NCBI GenBank assembly: GCA_963817955.1
Contig: CAWFQK010000002.1
Span: 896,001-960,000, forward strand
Reading direction: 5' to 3'
Length of the DNA stretch: 64,000 nt
From: an uncultured Gemmatimonadaceae bacterium
Lineage (GTDB): Bacteria; Gemmatimonadota; Gemmatimonadetes; Gemmatimonadales; Gemmatimonadaceae
Shown here: one piece after another, positions 1 through 8,912 of the stretch
Numbering within the stretch: position 1 is the stretch's first letter
How the letters are laid out: the number at the start of each line of letters is the position of its first letter
The notes under the pieces: model-generated
Databases searched by the model: none
What the model was told of the DNA's origin: nothing
The model's input: the letters and a program-made list of their open reading frames with translations, nothing else
Position numbers and translations under genes: made by a program

Positions 1-1
1 C

Positions 2-2278
2 GTCGCCCCGTAGTACCGCCGACGGGTTTGCCAGCGAATACTTGAAGAGGCCGCGCCCATAGGTCGCGGCCACCAGTTGCTTGCTGGTCGGGTTGTACGA
101 CAAGTCGTTCACGACGACGTTGGGAAGTCCAGAAGGCGAATTGGTCCATGTCAAGCCGGCATCCGTGGTCTCGAACACCCCGACGTCGGTGCCGATGAAG
201 AAATGGTTCGTCCCGTCGTCGACCATCACCGCCGCGTTCACCGGCATGTCGAGCAGGTTCCCGCTGACGTTCGTCCAGCTTTGACCGGCATTGGTGGTGA
301 GAAACACGTGTGAACCGAGCCCCCCGCTCAGCGTCACCAGCGCCCGCGCCGGATTCGCGCGGTGGATTGCGAAATCAGTGATCGCATAATTCGGGAGTCC
401 CGACGTGCTCAGCGTCCACGTGGTGCCGCCGTCACGCGACACCTGGACGTTTCCATCCATCGTGCCGACGTAAATCGTCTGCGGATCCGATTGTGCGACC
501 GCGATCGCCATGATGGGCCCGTACCCCTTCGTCAGATCATTCGAAATTGCAGTCCACAGCGCACCGTCGTTGACGGTGCGGTACAGTTTCATCGTGCCGA
601 AATAGAGCGTGGTGGGCGTCACCGGGTCCATCACGAGGGGCGGGATGAACATTGCGCGATCAGTGCCGTCGATGCCGGTCGTGACATTGAAGGACGAGAA
701 ACTCGTGCCGACCTGAACACGACGCTGGATGCACGGGCCCGGCAGCCACTGGCAGGTAAACCAAATTGTCCCCGGCGACGAGTAGTTGATCGCGGCAAAT
801 CCACCGTCGCCGCCCATGACGGAGTTGAAGAGCTGAGTCCCGTTCGACAACAGCGTGCCGTTGTCCTGGAGGCCTCCGAGTACGATGGTCGGATCTGTCG
901 GGTGTTGCGAGATGCCGGGGTAGTACATCGAGATGGCGAGCCCCGAATTACGACTCGTCCAGCTGTCGCCGCCGTCCGTGGAGGAGAACACGCCGCCGTC
1001 CGTGCCGGCGTAGAGCAGGCGCGGGTTGCGCGGGTCAATCACGAGGGCGTGCCAGTCGCAGTGAATCTCTGTACCCATCGGGGCGAACGTTGCGCCGCCG
1101 TCTGTGCTCCGGAATGCTCGCACGCCCGCGATATAAATGCGGCTCGCGTTTGTTGGATCGACAGCGATCGCGAGGTCATATGTGGCCTGAAGGCCGAACC
1201 ACGTGCGCCCACTGAAGCCGATTCCTGCCGCCGCCAGCGCCGTGAGTCTGTTGGTATCGTCATCCCACCTGATGACCGACTGAAAGGCCGAGTTCTGACC
1301 GCCGGCAAGGATCCACACCGAGTTCGGCTGCGCGGCCGACACCGCGAGCTGCATTCGTCCGGTATTCGTAAAGTCGATGGCACCACTCGAAAGCTGCGTC
1401 CACGTTGCGCCGTTGTCCGAAGAGCGATACAGTCCGCTGCGCCCCGAATAGTCCACCAGGCCGGCGAATACGACACCGCGGCGACCCGGGAGCGCCACGA
1501 TCGACTTCACGCAGCCGAAGGCCAGCGTGCTCGTCCAGCTGATGCCGCTATTGGTGGACCGATAGATGCCGTTGCCGGTGCGGGTGAACATCAGCGTCGT
1601 GCCCGTCGCGCTCCCAGCCGATGCCGGATCGATGAAGAAGTCGTCGATGTATCCGCCATTGTACGGGCCGATGCTCAAGCCGCCGTTCCAGTTGGCCCAG
1701 CTCGAGCCGCCGTCGGTGGACCGGAACAGCGCGCACCCCGCGGCACTACTCGCACGCGACGCTGCCGCATACATGATGCTCGGGTTCACCGGGTCGACCT
1801 TCACCGTGGACATCTGCAGCGAGCATTGCGTGTCGAAGAGCGGATTCCAGCTCGCCCCGTCAGTCGTGGTGCCCCAGATGCCGCCATTGGGCGATGCAAT
1901 GAACATTGTGCCGGTGGCAGTCGGGTGCAGCGCGATCGCATCAACGCGCCCTGCATCCACCTGCGGTTGGGAATCCCAATAGCCAACCCCAAAGAACCCG
2001 TCAGGACCCATCGGAATCCAGCTACCGCCCGGGATGTTTACGGCCGACAATAAGCTGCTGAATCCGGAACGGGCCATGAGTGCCTGCCGCGCGCGAGCAA
2101 TCAACTCCCAGTTCACTTCTCGATTGGGATACGCGCGCTGTTCCTCAAACCAGGCTTGGCGCCTCAGCTGGAACTCGGCGCCTTCGTACCCATTTTGCGC
2201 CGACAACCTGGTGACCGCCGCCATCGCGCAAACAACACCGAGCGCGAATCTAGGGGCTACTGTCCTGAACCGAATCAT
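2..2278 (-). CDS. Secreted BNR/Asp-box repeat (VPS10/sialidase-like beta-propeller) protein, 3'-truncated by window edge; probable C-terminal dockerin start
   Basis: Not in ORF track (no stop in window). Manual translation from ATG 2278: signal-like MIRFRTVAPRFALGVVCAMAAVTRLSAQ, GRVDAIALHP, ~9 Asp-boxes (FRSTDGGSSW, YRSTNSGISW, YRSSDNGATW, FSSTDGGDSW, VSRDGGTTW...), ends ...AATYGRGLFKYSLANPSAVLRGD at position 2. Confidence 0.85.
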   Translation of the reverse strand, partial: MIRFRTVAPRFALGVVCAMAAVTRLSAQNGYEGAEFQLRRQAWFEEQRAYPNREVNWELIARARQALMARSGFSSLLSAVNIPGGSWIPMGPDGFFGVGYWDSQPQVDAGRVDAIALHPTATGTMFIASPNGGIWGTTTDGASWNPLFDTQCSLQMSTVKVDPVNPSIMYAAASRASSAAGCALFRSTDGGSSWANWNGGLSIGPYNGGYIDDFFIDPASAGSATGTTLMFTRTGNGIYRSTNSGISWTSTLAFGCVKSIVALPGRRGVVFAGLVDYSGRSGLYRSSDNGATWTQLSSGAIDFTNTGRMQLAVSAAQPNSVWILAGGQNSAFQSVIRWDDDTNRLTALAAAGIGFSGRTWFGLQATYDLAIAVDPTNASRIYIAGVRAFRSTDGGATFAPMGTEIHCDWHALVIDPRNPRLLYAGTDGGVFSSTDGGDSWTSRNSGLAISMYYPGISQHPTDPTIVLGGLQDNGTLLSNGTQLFNSVMGGDGGFAAINYSSPGTIWFTCQWLPGPCIQRRVQVGTSFSSFNVTTGIDGTDRAMFIPPLVMDPVTPTTLYFGTMKLYRTVNDGALWTAISNDLTKGYGPIMAIAVAQSDPQTIYVGTMDGNVQVSRDGGTTWTLSTSGLPNYAITDFAIHRANPARALVTLSGGLGSHVFLTTNAGQSWTNVSGNLLDMPVNAAVMVDDGTNHFFIGTDVGVFETTDAGLTWTNSPSGLPNVVVNDLSYNPTSKQLVAATYGRGLFKYSLANPSAVLRGD

Positions 2279-2300
2279 GGACGCACCCTGAGCATGGGGC

Positions 2301-2798
2301 TCATGGGAACAGCCGCGGTGCCGGTGATCTCTGCACGCTCGCGTGCGTGTCTGCACGCGTCAGCTCGTGAATTTCTTCGAGGTCGAATCGTACGCCCTGC
2401 AGCGCTGCCGCATTCTTCACGGTGAATCGAAACTTGGCGAGCGCGGCGATCTCGACCCCAGCGGCCGACGCACCCGCAAACCGTATCTCACCCACGCCAG
2501 GGTTCGAGGCGCGCAGCGTGCCATCACTGAGCACGACTTCGTCGTCGTACGCGAGTCCCGCCGGATCGAAGTGGAGTCTCCCGGTGAAGCTCCCGATCTT
2601 ACCCACATCGCCCTGCACATCGAGTGCGAGAGTGATGACGGCGCTCGTTCCGCTCGACGTCACGTCGATGCGAGGCGTGATGGAACGCGACGCCGGTTGA
2701 TCTACCGTCGGCACGACGCTGCGGTATTCATGGCACCCGCTCGCGGCGATCGCCAACGCAATGGCTACGCACGGGAGAAGACGAATCGACGATTTCAC
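2301..2798 (-). CDS. Lipoprotein with single cohesin-like domain
   Basis: Lipobox-like IAASGC; cohesin-type pattern IGSFTGRLHFDPAGL...NPGVGEIRFAG...LAKFRFTVK. Confidence 0.7.
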   Translation of the reverse strand: MKSSIRLLPCVAIALAIAASGCHEYRSVVPTVDQPASRSITPRIDVTSSGTSAVITLALDVQGDVGKIGSFTGRLHFDPAGLAYDDEVVLSDGTLRASNPGVGEIRFAGASAAGVEIAALAKFRFTVKNAAALQGVRFDLEEIHELTRADTHASVQRSPAPRLFP

Positions 2799-5020
2799 GG
2801 AACGATGACCGGGTATTGAGTGAAGGTCGCGCTGGGAAGGAGATTGGAAAAATCCGGTCCGAGCAGTTCGGTTGCATTCAAGAAGATTCCGGTAGTGCCG
2901 GGGCTTTTTACGATGAAGCGCAACACCGCCAGCTGTACGATGCCGGTCACGCCCGCTGCCGATTCGCCGTTGATCCGAATGACATTCAAGGTCTGGTCGA
3001 TCGTTGTGACAGGCGCCATCGGGCTGCCGGTGGTGCTGATGTCGAGGAACTCCAAGGCGTTGAAATACGTGTCTGTCGATCCAGTGTAGACCGGCCAGGC
3101 CACGGTCGCAGTCACCGCACCGAGGGTCGCACCGCGCGTGTCCACCTGTACGCGGGCGGTGACCGTATCGCCGATGCGGAAGGCGAACCTGGTGAGGTCC
3201 GTGCGCAGGATCGGCCCAGAACTGCGCGGCACGATGATCAGCACCGAGTCGGAATTACTCAGAGTGCTCGTCGCCGCGACCCACGCCTGTCCTGGTGCGA
3301 CGGCCGTTATGCGACCTGCGCCGTCGACTGATGCGATGGCGGGGCTCCGCGCGACGAAGGTGATCGTCGGGTCGGTGGTCAGGACGATGCCGGTGCCTCC
3401 TGCGGCTGTGACCAAAGCCGGCGTGATTGCAGAACCGATGGCGACGATGCTGACCTTGTTCGCCGTGGTGCCGAATGTGTTGATGGTCGCCGGGTACACC
3501 ACCGTTGTCGTCCTCAACGGCTGGCCAAGCTGCCGGCTGGGGACGTAGAAGGAGAACGTTTGCCCAGCGGTGTAATTGAAGACCTCCAACTGGTTGAACA
3601 GTGTGCCGGTAGTTGACGGTGCAGGAGCCGACCACGCATACCTGACCCTCGTCGGGCTTGGGTTTGTCGGCGTGCATTGTTGTGCGCGGGAGGCGCCATT
3701 CCCATCCGTCGCCCACGATGCAGTGCCGAAGTAGAAAATCGCGCATAACGGCGCCGAGAGCACCTGGCTCGGATCCGTGAGCGTCAGATCAATCGGCACC
3801 GCCCTGTCCACGAACACCGTATCAGGTATCGTGACCACGGCAGAGAGCGCAGTCGCGGCAATCGACTGCGGCGTCACGGAACCAAAGAACACGCTCACCC
3901 CTGATATACGCCCGCCGGAAGTAACCAGAGGCAAATTATCGGGATCTGTCGATGCCGAATCCGCCACCTCGAGCCGCATGCGATACCCTGATCCTGCCGA
4001 GAGCGGCACCAGCAGAGTGTCCACACGGCGGTTGTTTCCGGGGAACTTGGTCATCTGCGGCGAAGTGAGCGTCCCCGAGTCCACTACCACATACCATCGG
4101 CTCGCAGGCCGAGGCGACGTCACCGCAAGCCGCACACCTGAGGCTGAGGCTGGTGCGACCGTGATGACGCTCGCCCCAGTCACACCGCCCGCACTCGCCG
4201 TGATCGTGGCCGAGCCAACGGCGACCGCGGTCACCAAGCCAGTCGAACTCACCGTCGCCTTTGTCGCGTCCGACGTGGTCCAGCTGACGGTGCGGCCGGT
4301 GAGCGTATTGCCACTGGCATCCTTGAGCATGGCGGTCAGCTGCTGCGTGCCGCCTACGCCCACGGACAGCGCGGCCGGTGCCACCGCGACCGTCGCGACG
4401 GGAACCGGAAGAATGGTGACGGCGGACGGGCCCGCCATTCCTTCGCTCGTCGCCGTGATCGTGGCCGAGCCAACGGCGACCGCAGTCACCAAGCCAGTCG
4501 AGCTCACCGTCGCCTTTGTCGCGTCCGACGTGGTCCAGCTGACGGTGCGGTCGGTGAGCGTATTGCCACTGGCATCCTTGAGCGTGGCGGTCAGCTGCTG
4601 CGTGCCGCCTACGACCACCGACGGTGAGGCTGGTGCCACCGTGACCGTCGCGACCGGCACAGGAAGAACCGTAATGGATTGCTGTCCCTGCTTTCCACCA
4701 CTCGACGCGATGATCACCGTCTGGCCGGGTGCGACGCCCGTCACGACGCCTGCCGTCGTAATGGTTGCAACCGACGCTAAAGTTGTGGACCACGTGACTG
4801 CGCCAACGGCGATGGGCGCCCCGTTTTGATCCAGGCCGGCAGCCGTTGCAGACGCCGATTGCGCGACCTGAATCGTCGGCGCCGAGAGCGTGACTGTGAC
4901 GGTCGTGAGAACTCGTACGACGGGTGCGATCGGTTCCGTTGCACCGCTGCACGACAGCGTCGCGATTGCGAGGACGGCGAGCCCGGCTCGACCGAATGAC
5001 GATATTTGAGGACAGGGCAC
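2795..5020 (-). CDS. Lipoprotein with bacterial Ig-like (Big_2) repeats and C-terminal cohesin-like domain
   Basis: Likely GTG start 5020; lipobox-like ATLSC; repeats VSWTTSDATKATVSSTGLVTAVAVGSATITA; C-term GDTVTARVQVD...AVTATVAWP...GVTGIVQLAVLRFIVK; 4-bp overlap with next gene. Confidence 0.8.
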   Translation of the reverse strand: MPCPQISSFGRAGLAVLAIATLSCSGATEPIAPVVRVLTTVTVTLSAPTIQVAQSASATAAGLDQNGAPIAVGAVTWSTTLASVATITTAGVVTGVAPGQTVIIASSGGKQGQQSITVLPVPVATVTVAPASPSVVVGGTQQLTATLKDASGNTLTDRTVSWTTSDATKATVSSTGLVTAVAVGSATITATSEGMAGPSAVTILPVPVATVAVAPAALSVGVGGTQQLTAMLKDASGNTLTGRTVSWTTSDATKATVSSTGLVTAVAVGSATITASAGGVTGASVITVAPASASGVRLAVTSPRPASRWYVVVDSGTLTSPQMTKFPGNNRRVDTLLVPLSAGSGYRMRLEVADSASTDPDNLPLVTSGGRISGVSVFFGSVTPQSIAATALSAVVTIPDTVFVDRAVPIDLTLTDPSQVLSAPLCAIFYFGTASWATDGNGASRAQQCTPTNPSPTRVRYAWSAPAPSTTGTLFNQLEVFNYTAGQTFSFYVPSRQLGQPLRTTTVVYPATINTFGTTANKVSIVAIGSAITPALVTAAGGTGIVLTTDPTITFVARSPAIASVDGAGRITAVAPGQAWVAATSTLSNSDSVLIIVPRSSGPILRTDLTRFAFRIGDTVTARVQVDTRGATLGAVTATVAWPVYTGSTDTYFNALEFLDISTTGSPMAPVTTIDQTLNVIRINGESAAGVTGIVQLAVLRFIVKSPGTTGIFLNATELLGPDFSNLLPSATFTQYPVIVP
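4155..4664 (-). repeat. Two near-identical 255-bp tandem units (Big_2 domains)
   Basis: tcgccgtgatcgtggccgagccaacggcgacc at 4195 and 4450 (offset 255 bp); boundaries approximate. Confidence 0.9.
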
Positions 5021-5058
5021 TGCGACCCCTGTTAAGAGAGGAAGGTTCGATTCTAGCC

Positions 5059-5160
5059 GAGCTAATCTTAAGAGGAGTGGAAATAGACAGCGGGGCGGTG
5101 ACGCTTTCTCGGGTGAGACCAATCACTCACGGGAGAATCCCGGCAACGAAAAAGGAGCTA
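5059..5160 (+). mobile_element. Degenerate relic of the IS256 left end, inverted relative to the intact copy
   Basis: gagctaatcttaagaggagtggaaatagac...tctcgggtgag...gggagaatcccggcaacgaaaaaggagc aligns with the reverse complement of ~6523-6620. Confidence 0.8.
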
Positions 5161-5170
5161 ACGCGCTATC

Positions 5171-5195
5171 GGGGATCGAGGTTCAGCCCACCGCA
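5171..5195 (+). repeat. 25-bp direct repeat, copy 1
   Basis: ggggatcgaggttcagcccaccgca; 24/25 identical to 16756-16780. Confidence 0.85.
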
Positions 5196-5242
5196 CCAAT
5201 TCTATCTGCGCGGCCCGTGACTGAATTGGCGTCACTCCTTCG

Positions 5243-6620
5243 GAGCTCTTGTCAATTGGTGTGTAAATAGGCGTCAGGCGGCGATCCGTTCTCGAGTCGG
5301 GGTCATGGTGCAGATGCCGTCGTGAAACACGGCGCCATCGTACACGTCGGTGCAGCGGTGCGGGGCGTTCAGTTTGCGGAAATGTTGTTCGACGACGAGT
5401 AAGGTTTTCCAGATCAACGTTGTCGCATTGTCGACTTTCTTGAAACGCTTCGCCGCGGTCGTGCGGAGCCGCACCGCGGCAAACGGAGACTCGATCACGT
5501 TCGTCGTGCGCAGATGCTTCCAGTGCTCCTGCGGAAAGGCGTAGTACGCGACCAGGCGGTCCCAATCCCGCTCGAGGCACTCGACGGCTTTGGGCACCAC
5601 GCGACGGTACGTGCGGGCAAACGCGTCGCGCAGCCGCTCCGCCGCCCGCTGTGTCTCCGCCGCGGCGATCTGCTGGAGCTGCACGGTGACTTCGGCTTGG
5701 CGTTTCGTCGGCACCAGGTCGAGCACGTTCCGCAGCTTGTGATTCCAACACCGCTGCTCGGCACTCGTCGGATAGATTGCCGCGAGAGCGCCCCAGAGGC
5801 CGAGATGCCCATCGGCGATCGTGAGCTTGGGGGCGCAGAGCCCGCGCGCCTTCAGGTCGCGGAGCACGGCGGTCCAGCTCACCACCGATTCCCGCTCGCC
5901 ACTGGTCACCGCGAGGACGTGTTTCCGCCCCTCCGCGTCGGCGCCGATCAACACCAGGAGCGCCGCCTTGCTATGCTCAAGCCCCGCTTTCACATACACG
6001 CCGTCCGCCCAGAGATACACCAGCTTGAGGGCGCTCAGGTCGCGCCGCTGCCACACCGCATACTCCGCCTGCCACGTCGCCTTGAGGCGCACAAGCGAGC
6101 TCGCACTCAGCGGCGCCCCATCGCCCAACAGGCCGCGAAGCGCGAGTTCGAAATCCCCGAGCGCGAGGCCATGCAAATACAGCTCGGGCAACAGCGTGCT
6201 CAGTTCCTTGGTGCGCCGCTGAAAGAGCGGCAGCAGGCGGCTCACGAACAGCTCATCCAGGTCGCGCACCCGTGGCCGGCGCACCACGATGGTCCCATTC
6301 ATGAGCGCGAGGTTCCGAGGCTTCCCGTGCCCGTTGCGCGCTCCGGTCGGCGCATCCACCGCGCTACGACGCGCGGACTTCGGTCGCCCGAGCAGCTCGG
6401 TCACCTCCTCTTCCAACAGCTGCTGAATGAATCCTTGGACATGCATCCGGGCAAAGGATTCCAATGTGTCCCACGTCGCGCTTGACGTGGCTGGCTCAGC
6501 GTTCATCTTCTTCATGGGCGGTGGCTCCTTTTCGTTGCCGGGATTCTCCCGGGGGTGATGGACTCACCCGAGAAGGTGTCACCGCCTTCCGTCTATTTCC
6601 ACACCTTTTGACATTAGCTC
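5243..6620 (-). mobile_element. Complete IS256-family insertion sequence
   Basis: Imperfect terminal IRs gagctcttgtcaattggtgtgtaaatag (from 5243) / gagctaatgtcaaaaggtgtggaaatag (rc, from 6620); exact 8-bp TSD ctccttcg at 5235-5242 and 6621-6628. Confidence 0.95.
5274..6515 (-). CDS. IS256-family (Mutator) DDE transposase
   Basis: 413 aa; motifs RNGH, LYLHGL, YLWADGVY, IADGHLGL, QRCWNHK, RTTNVIE. Confidence 0.95.
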   Translation of the reverse strand: MKKMNAEPATSSATWDTLESFARMHVQGFIQQLLEEEVTELLGRPKSARRSAVDAPTGARNGHGKPRNLALMNGTIVVRRPRVRDLDELFVSRLLPLFQRRTKELSTLLPELYLHGLALGDFELALRGLLGDGAPLSASSLVRLKATWQAEYAVWQRRDLSALKLVYLWADGVYVKAGLEHSKAALLVLIGADAEGRKHVLAVTSGERESVVSWTAVLRDLKARGLCAPKLTIADGHLGLWGALAAIYPTSAEQRCWNHKLRNVLDLVPTKRQAEVTVQLQQIAAAETQRAAERLRDAFARTYRRVVPKAVECLERDWDRLVAYYAFPQEHWKHLRTTNVIESPFAAVRLRTTAAKRFKKVDNATTLIWKTLLVVEQHFRKLNAPHRCTDVYDGAVFHDGICTMTPTRERIAA

Positions 6621-7670
6621 CTCCTTCGCAGGATGATCCTTTCGATAGTCGGCCCATGACCCATAGGCAATCAACGTATCTGAGAGCGCGCCATGCTCTA
6701 AGATTGCGCAATTGAGCGCTGCGTGGAACAACTCCGGTCTACGCAGAAGAGCCACATGCTCTCCATCGAACTCGTTGAAATCGACTGAGCCTGTCATCAC
6801 CGCCGTCATCCCAACCTGGAGCGGAGTCGACGAGTAAAGCGCCACGCTGTAGGACTTCTTCCCCGAAGGACCGGTGACTCTCGCCGCCGCCCAAGTGACT
6901 GGACCGGATCCCTGATTCTTCACGGAAACCGAGATGTCCAGACGAGATCTGAAGAACCCATTCCGAAGCGACGTCGTTACATTGCCCACGGCAATCGCGC
7001 GCGCCATCTTCTCACGAATCGGTGCGACAACATGCTCGAGACGTAGCGCCTCTACGGAGTCGACGTCGACCAGCAATCTCCCCACATTTCTGATGCCCAC
7101 AACGCGCCAGTGGTCGTCAGCCCGTGCAAGCGCAGCAACGACGGTAAACGTCGTATCGAGATCCGCATCGCGCAGGCGAATATCGACCGATGCGGAATCG
7201 CCCGAGACTACCGACGCACCGAATCCCTGGAACAGCTGAGATTTCGTATTCCTGAGCTGGGATGCGATGCCGCGTAGTATCGCCGGACCGCCGGCAGTCG
7301 ATGCGCTGTCGAGGACGCCGGTCGTGAGTGCCTTTCGCATCTCCTTCTCGACCATCGCGGCGAGCATCGGTTTCATGTTGTCAACGATCGCTGACCCGAG
7401 CGCATAATTGGCGACAGAGATTCCATCCGCCTTGCCTTGCGACTCCGCCACAACTTCCGCTTTCGCGGCCGTGAGAAACCCATCCACGAGCTGCATCGAC
7501 GACGCCGTCACATCCAGGTAGCTCTCGATCTTCGCCTGATCCTTCGCCCTGACGGCCAGTGCAAGCTGCTCGAGCGAGTAGACCGGACGACGCGTGTAGT
7601 AACGCGCACCGGAGAATCCTGAGACGGTAACAATGAGTGTAAGCAGAAGAGCCACGCGACCTTTCGGCAC
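6579..7670 (-). CDS. Membrane-anchored DUF2939-like protein; C-terminus extended 13 aa into the IS
   Basis: N-terminal TM then PVYSLEQLALAVRAKDQAKIESYLDV (DUF2939-like); likely GTG start 7670; pre-insertion stop was TGA at 5232-5234. Confidence 0.6.
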   Translation of the reverse strand: MPKGRVALLLTLIVTVSGFSGARYYTRRPVYSLEQLALAVRAKDQAKIESYLDVTASSMQLVDGFLTAAKAEVVAESQGKADGISVANYALGSAIVDNMKPMLAAMVEKEMRKALTTGVLDSASTAGGPAILRGIASQLRNTKSQLFQGFGASVVSGDSASVDIRLRDADLDTTFTVVAALARADDHWRVVGIRNVGRLLVDVDSVEALRLEHVVAPIREKMARAIAVGNVTTSLRNGFFRSRLDISVSVKNQGSGPVTWAAARVTGPSGKKSYSVALYSSTPLQVGMTAVMTGSVDFNEFDGEHVALLRRPELFHAALNCAILEHGALSDTLIAYGSWADYRKDHPAKEELMSKGVEIDGRR

Positions 7671-7723
7671 AATGATTCCGTTAATTGAGGTTGGAGGTGT
7701 GTGAACGAACGCTTCGTGCCTTG

Positions 7724-8722
7724 CTAGTCGCAGCTCGCCAAATGACGTCGCGGAGGGAGCTTCCACCGGTGGCCATCCCACCGGATGATGCCTGTTTCTG
7801 TCACGATCTCATCGATCCCGTCTCCATCGACGTCGGAAATTCCGTACACGGTGTACGTGTCGGCGCTTCGCACGAGGATAGTTCCCTGGAGTGACGCGAG
7901 CATGGAGAACTGCGTAGTCTGCCCGTGATCGCTCGGGTCATCGTTGAGGCTTACGCTGAAGAAGGCCAGCGCAACTCCGCCGGGGCCACGGAGTGAATAG
8001 ATCGGCGAGTTCGAGCCGCCAAATGTGCCGAGCCCGTCCGCACCGCTCACGTTCAGTCGAATTTGGGCCGCTGTGCCATACCCGTTTCCGCCGAACGCGG
8101 CCGCCGCCTTGCTTGCCGCCGCGGATACGATGGGTCGTACGATGCGCGCGAGCGCTCCACGTTGCGCTGGGGTAAAGGTTGCAGACGTGCGCTCCGGCAG
8201 GCGCCACGGCGTCACGATTCCTGACTTCAGCGACGCCGCGCCAGGCGTCATAGGCGCGAGAGCGTATGCCCAGCCAGGATACGTCACTCCATCCCCACCG
8301 CACGACGCAAGCTCCTCGACTACCCTGTAGCGTGATCGTGCGACCACGACGAGGGGAACCGTGGCCGGCTTGCCGAGACTCCGCGCGAACACCGTATCGC
8401 CAAGATTTGCCATCGGAAACCCGGCTGTGTCGAACTGCGTTGCGAACAGAACGCGCGCTTGACGGTCTGCCGCCGGTCCGAGCATCGCGGTGAGGTACGG
8501 CGAGTCATCCAGCTTGGCGCGTGAGGTCGGCGGGTTATCCGGCACCGAGGGATTCGCCTTGCCGAGCATGGCTGTCAGCGCGGACGCGGCCTCGCGGGGA
8601 GATACCGGCTTCGGCTGCGCACCCTGCGCTCCCGTGCGCGGCGCAAGCGAAAGAGCCAGGAGGGCCGCGATGGCGAATCCGCCGATGATACGCTTCTGAC
8701 CCTTGAGTCGCATGAGAAACAT
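7724..8722 (-). CDS. Secreted hypothetical protein with C-terminal DxDGDG (FG-GAP/VCBS-like) motif
   Basis: Signal peptide (...LALSLAPRTGAQ); ISDVDGDGIDEIV. Confidence 0.65.
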   Translation of the reverse strand: MFLMRLKGQKRIIGGFAIAALLALSLAPRTGAQGAQPKPVSPREAASALTAMLGKANPSVPDNPPTSRAKLDDSPYLTAMLGPAADRQARVLFATQFDTAGFPMANLGDTVFARSLGKPATVPLVVVARSRYRVVEELASCGGDGVTYPGWAYALAPMTPGAASLKSGIVTPWRLPERTSATFTPAQRGALARIVRPIVSAAASKAAAAFGGNGYGTAAQIRLNVSGADGLGTFGGSNSPIYSLRGPGGVALAFFSVSLNDDPSDHGQTTQFSMLASLQGTILVRSADTYTVYGISDVDGDGIDEIVTETGIIRWDGHRWKLPPRRHLASCD

Positions 8723-8912
8723 CGATATTGGGATTGGAGAGTCCGACTGTTACCGATTGCGGCCGGAGAGAGGTGCAAGCCGACGGCAAGTCGTGACTTG
8801 GATTCCACGATGGCGCTCACGCGATTTGCACAGGAATGCGTGCGCCACAGGCGAAAACCAATCTGCGTCATTCCGTCGAGGCGCCTGACGGCGCCCCAAC
8901 GGCGCGCTCTAC

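Noticed and set aside
362..2053. 563-aa plus-strand ORF
   Set aside because: Antisense shadow of the Asp-box gene; Arg-rich with no motifs. The same applies to most long antisense ORFs in this high-GC window (e.g. 3777-4829, 18973-20013, 57851-59137).
5041..5058. GGTTCGATT, tRNA T-loop-like
   Set aside because: Flanks do not form a T-stem; no cloverleaf.
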